Assembly (NCBI RefSeq): GCF_018977255.1
Contig: NW_024704743.1
Coordinates: 44,146,001-44,210,000 of the forward strand
Origin: Callorhinchus milii
Lineage: Eukaryota
Length of the DNA stretch: 64,000 nucleotides
Reading direction: 5' to 3'
The position numbers and the translations under genes are program-made. Positions 26,113-37,071 of the stretch are shown here, piece after piece. Every line of letters begins with the position of its first letter. Positions within the stretch are counted from its first letter, which is position 1. The notes below the pieces were generated by a model. The model saw nothing but the letters and a program-made list of their open reading frames with translations, searched no databases and was not told the DNA's origin.

Positions 26113-27339
26113 GATAGAAATTAAGTTTTATTGTAAGTGTGATAACATTTATTGTAACTGGTGATAAAAATCTTATGCCAGAGAAGCAAATTAGAGGAAT
26201 ATATTCAAAAAGCATACTTTCCAATGATAATGTGTGCAACGATTGACCTGCAAAGATCTTGTGAGTGTATTCTTGCATGCACATTGATTTGTCCGCTGGA
26301 ACACTTTAGGAAGCACTGGCTAATAAACCTTCAGATAAAATTGACCATTTTTTTCATGGCTTTTTGTGGATCATCATTGCTGTGTGCAAATTGGTTGCCC
26401 TATTCACCTACAAAATACATAGTCACTACACTTTATAGTAAATCCTATGAAGCCCCTTTTGGGATGTCTTCCTGATGTGAAGGGCACTTTATCAACTGTA
26501 AATGTCATTATTATTGTTATTATTATTATGTATTGTATCGAAGCATTAATACAGTAAATTGTGTGGAAAGATAGTAGATTTGGGAACCAATGTAGCAGAA
26601 AGTATGCTGACCTGGGACTAAACCAAAGCAAATTTAACTGCATCAGAAGTATGTCAACAATTACTGGGGCTATTATTATAGTGATTGATGGCATTCAAAC
26701 TGATGGTGACACTGAATAAGCTTTGAAGATAATTTGTTGCTTGAATGTCTGTGACTGGTGATTAAAGATTACTTTTAGTTTGGATGATGGATGAAGTGAT
26801 AAACAGATATTCAGTTCCCAGACTGAATGTTACACAAAATTAGATGGGCAGTAGTCCATAACAAGGCTTATCTATTTATGTTCTATTTACATAGTTTTGC
26901 CTCTCATTTTCACTTTATGTATATCTATTATTATGTGACTAAAGTATCAAATCTCTTTGCCAACATGTTGCACCAGTTATATCAGAAAAAGAAGTAGGTG
27001 CGTTAAATAAATTGTTGCTGCAAGTGTAGAGCCACAGTAACAGAAGACAATGTAAGCTTTTCTGATGGTCAAGTGAGTAATGGCACTGCTCGGATCCACA
27101 TTAAGTTGTACAGATAAAGGTCATTGGCTCAAATCTTGGTGTAATCTGAGTTTGCAGATTTCACCAGAAAAACGGTTGGGATGTGACTTTTTTTTTAAAA
27201 AAGTGCTCTTATCTGCTATTTGCTTTTATAAAAATGAAAAAGCAAAGACAATGTTTTGGTTACTTTGTGAAGTCTCATTCACACCAAGTGGTACAGACTG
27301 GTTGGGCAGATGTACAGGTTTAAGTTGTACAGATTTAAC

Positions 27340-27700
27340 AAATAAATTTCAAAATCCTCACTTTCAAATCTGTTCACGCCCTGGCCCCTCCCTACCTCTC
27401 TGATCTGCTCACACCCTACTACTTTACCCGTTGCCTCCGCTCAGCTGGCTCTGCTGCACATCCCTTGTCCCTTCCACTCCACAATTGGTGGCTGTGCTTT
27501 CAGACACTATGCCCCGAATCTCTGGAACTCCTTGCCTCAAAACCTCCATCTTGTCCCCTCTCTACCCATCTACAAATCACATCCAAAGACTTTCCTCTTC
27601 AACCGTGTCTTCAGTCACCTCCCCACCCAACCCTTTTCCAACTCGCTGTTAAACACTACCCGCGTGAACGGTGCTATAAAATGCAAATTGTTGTTGTTTT
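27340..27700 (+). mobile_element. Old L2 3' fragment
   Basis: ttcaaaatcctcac..., FKSHPKTFLF-like end and an L2 tail. Confidence 0.8.
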
Positions 27701-27885
27701 TGCAGTTTGTGTAAATCTATGTAAGTGTTGAATGAACCAATCAGTTCATGGTGTTTTACTGCAACACTTCAGCTGATTTCAAAATTGACTATCCCCTTCA
27801 CAAATTAAATCAGCCTATGGTTGAAAAAACAAATTGAATGGGGGTCTTGTTTGAAAGAGAACCAATACACATGAAGAGGATTTAA

Positions 27886-28378
27886 GTGTCAGCCTGGCTC
27901 AGTGGTAGTAGGTTATGGGTTCAAGCTCCAAGTTGGGACTTGGGATAACATAGTTTAAGCTGACACTGATATGCAGCGCTTGGGGTGTGTTGCATTGTCA
28001 GAGGTGCTATCGTTCAGATGAGATGTTAAATCGAGATCCCATCTGGCTGTTCAGATGGACAATAAAGATCCCATCACACCGTTCGAAAAGAGAAGGGGGT
28101 TTCACCTAGTGTCCTGGCCAACAAATGCCCCAAATAAAATTAGTCTCTCATTTCATGGCTGTTCGTGGGACATTGCTGTGCGCAATTGGCTGCCGCGTTT
28201 GCCCACAAATGTACAGTCAATTCACTTTACAGTGTGTTCTGTGAAGCGCTTTGGGACGTCCTCCCGACGTGAAAAGCGCTATATCAAATGCAAGGATTAT
28301 TATTATTATTCTGTGAAGCGCTTCGAGACATCTCGATAATGTGATAAGGCCCTATGTCAAATGCAAGGATTATTATTA
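27886..28378 (+). mobile_element. DeuSINE (SacSINE1/AmnSINE-like) with a doubled tail
   Basis: tRNA-like head, and Deu-domain-like ttcagatgagatgttaaa...aaagatcccat...gtgtcctggccaac. Further degraded copies lie at about 2300-2440(-), 31360-31550(-), 42846-43125(+), 49700-50150(+), 52320-52625(+), 57880-58040(+) and 63720-64000(-). Confidence 0.8.
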
Positions 28379-29729
28379 ATTGTCAGGAGTGCACAGCAGA
28401 GAACATTTAGGAGAGAATTTGGAGAGGGACAAATTGCCCCCAAACTAAAAAGAGCAAACGGTGGTCCCAGTATCGTTACAATAATTTCACTATTAAGGAT
28501 AAGTGAAAGAATTAAAAGAACTGGTATTTTATACTGATCATTAAAAGCAGCAATTTTGAATAAAATAGACCCTACTATATTTTCAGCTCCGTGACCTGGG
28601 TCATCTAGATAGAAATGGAAAATGAAATTATTTTCTTTGGTGTCTGCAAGAGTGTTCGCAGCCCAGTGTGTGGAATAGACTCAGTCAAAACATTTTCATA
28701 CAGATTTTATACAAATTGACTTGTCTCGTTGAAAAAAGGCCGTAAGGATGACTGGTGTGGGAAGTGGAAGAATTTATATTTGTGCAGAGGAGGTATTCGT
28801 CTATCACTTTGCATTGGATTTGATCCCAAGTTTCAAAGGTGAAGTCATAAATACTCTTGAGTAATATACATGAGCTATGTTGATAAACTACCATCATGTG
28901 AGAAGGAGAAAAAATTGGAGGGAAAACAGGTATAATGAAAATTGGCATCCATCATTACGCATTTTATCTCAAAAGGAATTGTGTCAAAATGAAATAAAAG
29001 CAACATTAAGAACTCCAAACCAGTAAAAAATAATCTTATAGATGTATTGAATTGATTCCAAAGCGATAATCTCATTCTCATTGGTTATAAAATAAATTGC
29101 AGAACTAGACAATGAATTTTTAAATATTGAGAACCTATTTTTTCTTCCTGTTTCTGTTGTTTCTGCTGCAGCGGTTTCTACCCTCTTGGTCACATGATCT
29201 TCAATTTCTTCCTTATCTACCAACCCTGATTCATGTTTAGGTTTATCAGCATCAGTTTGTTAGTACTAGCATTTTTTTGTTATTTAGTTATCTTTCTGAA
29301 TGTATGGTATTTATATTAGAACATCAAGAAGCATCTTTTTCTTAATGAAGGAAGGCAATGTTGAAACACTTTTTTAAAAAGAGACGGGTTCAATATCTTC
29401 AGCGTTCAACTTATATACATCAAGGTTGGTCACGTCAAGAATCAAAGGAAACAGATATACATATTCACAAAATGTTAGTCATTTGGAAATTGTATTGCCA
29501 TATAAAGAATTGTCTGCTTCCTATAGCATCTCCTTTTGGTGTTTAAGACATGTACTGTAGTATGATAGTAATACAGGATTAGTGTCTCAATCTGTACATA
29601 CTCTGTCCAAGAGTGTGCTTCATCACTGTCTATATCACTGTATAGCATATGAGCAAAGAACACTGTGATCATTTGAGCAAAGAGGCTTTGAGTTGGAGAC
29701 TTTTCATAAAGTAGAACACAATAAAATCG

Positions 29730-29975
29730 GGCAGGCAATGGCCAGAACACAGTAGAGTCAGAGGCTGATGGGCAGATCAAACCGAGGCGCAGGTTGATGG
29801 GCAGGACACAACAGAGATAGAGGATAATGGCACAACATAACAGAGTTCAATGTTTATGGGCAGAATATAAGAGTAAGAGGCTGATGGACAAAGCACAGCA
29901 GAGTTGAAGGCTGATAAGCACAAGACAAATGACAGCAGAGCTGGTGTTGCACAGCCCAAGGCTGAAATTGATGGG
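29730..29975 (+). repeat. Degenerate ~30-bp minisatellite (AGGCTGATGGGCAGAACACARCAGAGTYAG)
   Basis: About 6-7 diverged units are visible. Confidence 0.75.
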
Positions 29976-32900
29976 ACATGAATGAGGAATCTGATCATTA
30001 AAACCAAAGTCTGCTGATCATTACAGGATAATATAAAATCCTAGTTACATAAGGGTCTTGATTTTGGCAGCTAATATTTGATCATTATTTGCAAATGATC
30101 ACTAAAGCCAAATGCCTTTCTACTTAGATGCTAATACAAATCACTTCATCAAGCAATCATTGTGAAAGGATGAAGCCATTAAGTTGAGATGTATTGTAAT
30201 ATATTTTACTTTGTTTATCAATATAGGATGATGAGACAGCAAGTAATTCAACAGAGGAAACATTGGTATCTTAATATTGTGTAATTAGTATTAATGTCAT
30301 TCAAAAACTGCAACAGTGCTGTAAGACTGTCTAAAATGAATTTTATTCCAACATAACCACAAACTAAATATTGTTCATTTTGTGTTCAGGAACCGTTGTC
30401 AATTTGCTTATTTGTTTTTTCCGGAACTGACAACTGAATAGTTTGCACGCATAGGATTTTGTGGTGAAAATTGGAATCCAATGGGATTGTCACATCACAT
30501 TTTTCACCCTTATTTTCTTTTGATGCATTTGGAAAATGCGATGATTCTATGAAACGGATGTAAGTTTCACATGTCTACCTTATGTATGAAGTCTCCGGAC
30601 TTGCATGCAGACTCGTTGTTTACACCAATACACTTCACTAAAACAGCAGCAATTTACATTTAATTAACACCTTTCACATAGGGGGGATGTTTCAATATGA
30701 ATAAAATTATGATGGATTCTTAAATTAACTTGGCAGTATAACCACACCCAACTATAAACTCGCTTTTAATTTCAAATTCCTGACTGTGTTTCCCAATAAT
30801 AGACTGCACCATGGTTTGATGGAACTCAGGCTTGTGTTCATAATGCCCTACATGATAAGCTCCTGAAACTGGAATGCTCATGGTTTTAGTCTTAAGATTT
30901 AAGGTGGTGCAGTATTTTGGAAAATTCTTAAATTTAACTTCATTTAAAAACTGGGTTTTTGGAGATCTTTTTAAGAACTGCAGAACTAGCTTGCCAATTA
31001 AGTCACAGTTTAAGAATTTTCCAAAATAATGCACAATTTACATTTTAAGAAAATAGTCTTACAAATAAGACTATGAATATTTTCAGGCATCACATTTGAC
31101 ATCATGAGAAATAATTCCCCCCCCCATAAGGAAATAAAAATCAGATGATTAGCCATATAGGAGAGGTCTGTAAGTAGAGTGGATATCTATCCAGAACTCT
31201 GCAGTGTGTGTCCTTTCCTTCTCAAAGGTCAATTTATTCACTCACTCCCTCCACTTCAGTCATCTTTCGCCCCCCACCCCCTTCAGCCCCGAACCCCAGC
31301 AAACCCTGGACTGTCCAGTGCCTTAGGATTTCCTCCTGATGTGAAAAGTTCTATGTCTTTAACACCCAACTGAACAGATAGATGGGACTTTGGCTTAACA
31401 TATCCAAAGTATAGCACTCTGACAACGCAGGACTGCACTGCATTGGAGTGTCATCCTAGACTATGAGCCTCAAATTCTCAACCTGAGGCTAGAATCCACC
31501 ACCTTCTGAATTCAAAAGAGAGAGGGCAAACAACTCAGTCAGGCTAACACCAACTTCCTGGAAAAAACCTCAGTTTCTTTCTGGACAAGATTATTTTATG
31601 CAAAAACTAGAAAGAGAGGACAATTTGAAGTGTCAGCCACTCTCCCTGTTGGTAAAAGTCTGGCTTCTAACTGGGACCTCCAAAAAATACTTTGCCACGG
31701 TCACAACTGATATTGAACAACAATAACAAACAAGACTGAAACTACAAGAATGCTAAAAGTGAATTGGATAAACATTTAAAGAGGGATCAATGAATTGGGA
31801 CTGGGAGCTGGCACCATCATAGGCTGTTGATGGGCCAAATTGGCCCCTTTGTAATTTCTATTATTCTATTAAAGAGAAATAAAATGAAAAAACTGGTACT
31901 ACAAATTTATTATGTGAGTAACTTTAAGAACATAACATAAGAACATAAGAAATGCTAGACAAAAAAAGATTAAGGTCCATCTAGTTTGCCTTCCACCTTC
32001 CTGATGGTCGCATGCACATATGTCCCAAACTTCCTATGTACTAGCTCCCATAATGTTATTTCCACTCTCACTCATACAATCACTCAGTCACTCACTCTGT
32101 CTCATACACACACACTCAAACACAGTCTCTCTCACACACACAGTCATTTTTACTCTCACACACACACACACACACACATGGCCATGTGTTTCATTTTACT
32201 TTACATGAAAAAAATGGCTTTGGGCTGGTTCCTAATTTGTTAAAAAAAATTGAAACCTGAAAAACTTTTTTCCCCCTTTTTTTTACATATTTCAAAATCA
32301 TGAACCTAAATCATCTCTCTGCAGCTACCCGTAGGAGGCAACACATAATACTGGGCTACTTTGGGACTGGTATTTGGTGGGCTTTGGGCTGCATTTTCTA
32401 GCCACCTGACCCCTTCCTCTGGCACAGGAGCCATTTCTACACAGGTGTTTTTTTAATGTTTGCAAGAGGAGTCAGAGTCCTTTGCGCCCAGTACTCCATC
32501 TCATCTCTGCTCATCCAGATTGTCTGCTCTGTGGATGACCTGTCCCTGCATCACCTCCCCCCGCCCGCAACAGCAATTACAAGAATGCATTTTGCAGATC
32601 GGAGTTAGAGTCAGAACTTGCTTAATTTGCACATCTTGGTGGTGTGACTGGGCCGGTGGCGAGGAAGAGAAAGCAATAACGATAATGATCACAGCCCAAC
32701 TGAGCTGAGAAGCAGAAATACTGCACCTAGAACAAAATGCAAACACAAATCTGTGACCTGCACTTGCACTGGGTGCAGTTACTGTACAAATAGCTGGCGC
32801 ATTTGAGTCAATAGGAAGCTATTGAGAATGTACCTTTGAAGACTGGGAGGTCAAGCAAATTTATGCAGCTTAGAAGCTGAGAATAACAATCAGGAGCTTT

Positions 32901-33739
32901 TTTAAACCTTCCCATCAGTGCTATGAGTACCTTATGGTATATGAACATCTAATTGCTGACCAGTTTGACCCGAACTTAACCACCTGTCTGAAGTGGAGAA
33001 ACCCATGCAAATGTCATGTCAATAGGTTAACCTCAGAACTGAGACAGATGTTGCCTTTGTATTGTCCTGTAAATTAATGCACTAAACAAGCCAGAAAATT
33101 CAGTGATTGGGAGTGACAACTTGATTGATTTTTATTTTTAAAAATCTGATTCATGTCACTTAAACAGTTCCTTACCTTTAAATGGGTTTGCTGTCCATCT
33201 CGGTCTTTATAATAGTAAGATTTAACATCTTAACATTTTCTGAATGTGAAAAGCACTGTGTATGTGGTTAACCCTAATCACCCCAGTCAATTTATATACC
33301 ATCTGATCTAATGTGTTCCTGCCACGATTCCCCATGTATTTCTTTCTCCCATTGAATCATGAGTTTGTTTTTGATTGGCACTGTTTCATCAAATTCAAGG
33401 CTTTACAGCAATTCTCCTGACTAGTTCTTTCTTCCAACCTTGCATAAAGGCATAGTAGACTAATTTATTGATGAGAAATATTTTGATAATCCTGGTGTCA
33501 TTGAAAATGAATCTTTCCACTGAGTTTACATATAGTTGATTTGTTAAAATAATCCACGGATCATAATTTTGCTTCGAAACCCAGGAAGTCATTCACTAAA
33601 TTGGTTCCTCACATTAGATGCAATTGGTAATCTACAACATGCAGGAATTACAAGAATACTGAACTATTCATGAGTTTGCGATATTAGCATTCAGAATTTT
33701 CTACCAGGTCCATTCATCTCCCTCAAAATTGGATGAGTG

Positions 33740-33990
33740 GACCTGGTTGCTGTCTTTAAGATTCTAAGGGGGTTAGACAATCGAGATCATGACAGACTAT
33801 TTCAATTTGTCCAGAATAGTAAAATCAGAGGATACGGCCTGCGATTGAAGTGGGGTAAATTCAGAATGAATCTACGCAAACACTATTTTAGTGAGTGAAC
33901 AGTGAACCTGTGGAACAGGCTCCCTCGGGAGACGGTTGAAGCAGGAAGAGTTGATTCTTTCAAACACAGATTAGATAGTTTTCTTTTATC
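33740..33990 (+). mobile_element. CR1 3' fragment whose continuation lies at 34671-34810 (and inverted at 31925-32063)
   Basis: DLVAVFKILRG...VNLWNRLP...SFKHRLDSFL; the 3' UTR and (TTCTTATG)n tail resume immediately after the gap. Confidence 0.8.
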
Positions 33991-34645
33991 ACATTTTTAT
34001 TATGACTGTGTGTGTATGTGCGTGGTGTGTGAGCGTGTGTGTCTGTGTGTGCATTAAGGGGGGTTGTATCAGTTCCGAGTCAGTGACTAGCAACAGAAAA
34101 ATCAGTCAGTGAGCAATAACTGATGTGCTAAAGGCCTTTATCTGCTTTTCTCTCACACACAGCACTAGCACACACACACACACACAGCACTAGCACACAC
34201 ACACACACAGCACTAGCACACACACACAGCACTAGCACACACACAGCACTAGCACACACACAGCACTAGCACACACACACACACACAGCACTAGCACACA
34301 CACACAGCACTAGCACACACACACACACACAGCACTAGCACACACACACACACAGCACTAGCACACACACACAGCACTAGCACACACACAGCACTAGCAC
34401 ACACACACACAGCACTAGCACACACACACAGCACTAGCACACACACACACAGCACGAGCACACACACACACACACACACACAGCACTAGCACACACACAC
34501 ACAGCACGAGCACACACACACAGCACTAACACACACAAACACACACACAGCACTAGCACACACACACACAGCACTAGCACACACACACAGCACGAGCACA
34601 CACACACAGCACTAGCACACACACAGCACTAGCACACACACACAC

Positions 34646-34670
34646 NNNNNNNNNNNNNNNNNNNNNNNNN
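34646..34670. other. Assembly gap (25 N)
   Basis: Run of N. Confidence 1.
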
Positions 34671-35815
34671 GGAAATAACATTATGGGAGCTAGTACATAG
34701 GAAGTTTGGGACATATGTGCATGCGACCATCAGGAAGGTGGAAGGCAAACTAGATGGACCTTAATCTTTTTTTGTCTAGCATTTCTTATGTTCTTATGTT
34801 ATGTTCTTAAAGTTACTCACATAATAAATTTGTAGTACCAGTTTTTTCATTTTATTTCTCTTTAATAGAATAATAGAAATTACAAAGGGGCCAATTTGGC
34901 CCATCAACAGCCTATGATGGTGCCAGCTCCCAGTCCCAATTCATTGATCCCTCTTTAAATGTTTATCCAATTCACTTTTAGCATTCTTGTAGTTTCAGTC
35001 TTGTTTGTTATTGTTGTTCAATATCAGTTGTGACCGTGGCAAAGTATTTTTTGGAGTCCCAGTTAGAAGCCAGACTTTTACCAACAGGGAGAGTGGCTGA
35101 CACTTCAAATTGTCCTCTCTTTCTAGTTTTTGCATAAAATAATCTTGTCCAGAAAGAAACTGAGGTTTTTTCCAGGAAGTTGGTGTTAGCCTGACTGAGT
35201 TGTTTGCCCTCTCTCTTTTGAATTCAGAAGGTGGTGGATTCTAGCCTCAGGTTGAGAATTTGAGGCTCATAGTCTAGGATGACACTCCAATGCAGTGCAG
35301 TCCTGCGTTGTCAGAGTGCTATACTTTGGATATGTTAAGCCAAAGTCCCATCTATCTGTTCAGTTGGGTGTTAAAGACATAGAACTTTTCACATCAGGAG
35401 GAAATCCTAAGGCACTGGACAGTCCAGGGTTTGCTGGGGTTCGGGCTGAAGGGGTGGGGGGCGAAAGATGACTGAAGTGGAGGGAGTGAGTGAATAAATT
35501 GACCTTTGAGAAGGAGGACAACACTGCAGAGTTCTGGATAGATATCCACTCTACTTACAGACCTCTCCTATATGGCTAATCATCTGATTTTTATTTCCTT
35601 ATGGGGGGGAATTATTTCTCATGATGTCAAATGTGATGCCTGAAAATATTCATAGTCTTATTTGTAAGACTATTTTCTTAAAATGTAAATTGTGCATTAT
35701 TTTGGAAAATTCTTAAACTGTGACTTAATTGGCAAGCTAGTTCTGCAGTTCTTAAAAAGATCTCCAAAAACCCAGTTTTTAAATGAAGTTAAATTTAAGA
35801 ATTTTCCAAAATACT
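34671..35815 (-). repeat. Inverted near-identical duplicate of 30911-32063
   Basis: Base-by-base reverse complement, apart from a few small indels that are mostly in homopolymers. Confidence 0.97.
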
Positions 35816-35914
35816 AAATGCACACAGCACTAACATTTGCACACACACACAGCACAAGCACACACACACACACACATATATATACACACATACCTACACA
35901 ACACTAGCACACTT

Positions 35915-36478
35915 GCTTGTCGGCCGCCCCAACTCCTCCCTCCATAGACTGCTGATCATCCAGAACTCTGCAGCCCGTATCCTCTCCCGCACGAGGCTCC
36001 GTGACCCTATCACCCCCATCCTCACCCGACTCCACTGGCTTCCCATCACACAGAGGATACAGTTCAAAATCCTGGTTCTCACCTTCAAAACCCTCCATGG
36101 TCTTGCTCCCCCCCTACCTCTGCAACCTCCTAACCCCCTACCATCCTGCTCGCTCGCTCCGCTCAGCGGGCTCCAGCCTGCTTCGCATCCCCCACCCCGC
36201 CTGCCACATTATTTGAGGGCAGGTCTTCTGCCACTCTGCCCCCACCCTCTGGAACTCCATCGCGCAGTCCCTCCGCCTCGTCCCCTCCCTTGCCCACTTC
36301 AAGTCCAATCTCAAGACCCTCCTCTTCGACCGTGTTTTCGATCTCCCTGCTTTCCCCCCCTGCCCTCCATCCTCCCTACCCCGACCCCCAGCTCGGGTCC
36401 GAAACACTGACTGTCCAGCACCTTGGGACATCCTCCTGATGTGAAAGGCACTGTACAAATGTAATTTTGTTGTTGTTG
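35915..36478 (+). mobile_element. L2 3' fragment within the CA-rich minisatellite
   Basis: IQNSAARILSRTRLRDPITPILTRLHWLPITQRIQFKILVL, followed by a tail. Confidence 0.92.
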
Positions 36479-36748
36479 CACATACACAGCACCAGCACAT
36501 ACACACACATCACTCGCACATAAATATATATACACACAGCACCAGCACATAGATACACACACGCATTAGCACATACACACGCAGCACTAGCACATAGACA
36601 TACACACACAGCACTAGCACATATACACACACACACACACACACAGCAGCAACAGGAAGAAGATTACATTTGTATAGCGCCTTTCACGTCGGGAGGACGT
36701 CCCAAAGCGCTGGACAGAGTACAGCATTTCAGACCCGAGCCGGGGTCA

Positions 36749-37071
36749 GGGGAGTCCTGTAGCTCAGTGGTTAGAGCACTCACTTTGCAAGTGAGAGACC
36801 TGAGTTCAATTCCAGGCAGAGGGCGAAACCTCGGGCAAGTTTCCTTACTCCACACACAACCCTAATAATAATCCCTCCAAAACCAAAAACAATAATAAAT
36901 TGGTCATTTTCAATCCACGGCTGTTTGTGGGACATTGCTGTGCGCAATTGGCTGCCGCGTTCGCCCACAAATATACAGTCAATTCACTTTACAGTGTGTT
37001 CTGTGAAGCGCTTTGGGACATCCTCCCGACGTGAAAAGCGCTATATCAAATGCAAGGATTATTATTATTAT
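36749..37071 (+). mobile_element. Full-length tRNA-Ala-derived SINE with L2-type tail, inserted into an L2 3' end (36660-37096, minus)
   Basis: A box TAGCTCAGTGG, B box AGTTCAATTCC, TGC anticodon-like loop, tail AGCGCTTTGGGAC..GACGTGAAAAGCGCT and (ATT)n. Confidence 0.93.

Noticed and set aside
28700..29260. Possible hAT transposase N-terminus (ENRYNENW...) and minus-strand ORF 28984-29223
   Set aside because: A single weak motif with no supporting downstream motifs, TIRs or convincing splice sites.
36751..36825. tRNA-Ala(TGC)-like sequences (also near 12850-12922, 18296-18368 and 58890-58964)
   Set aside because: They are SINE heads: the acceptor stem is poor and each continues into a SINE body and (ATT)n tail.
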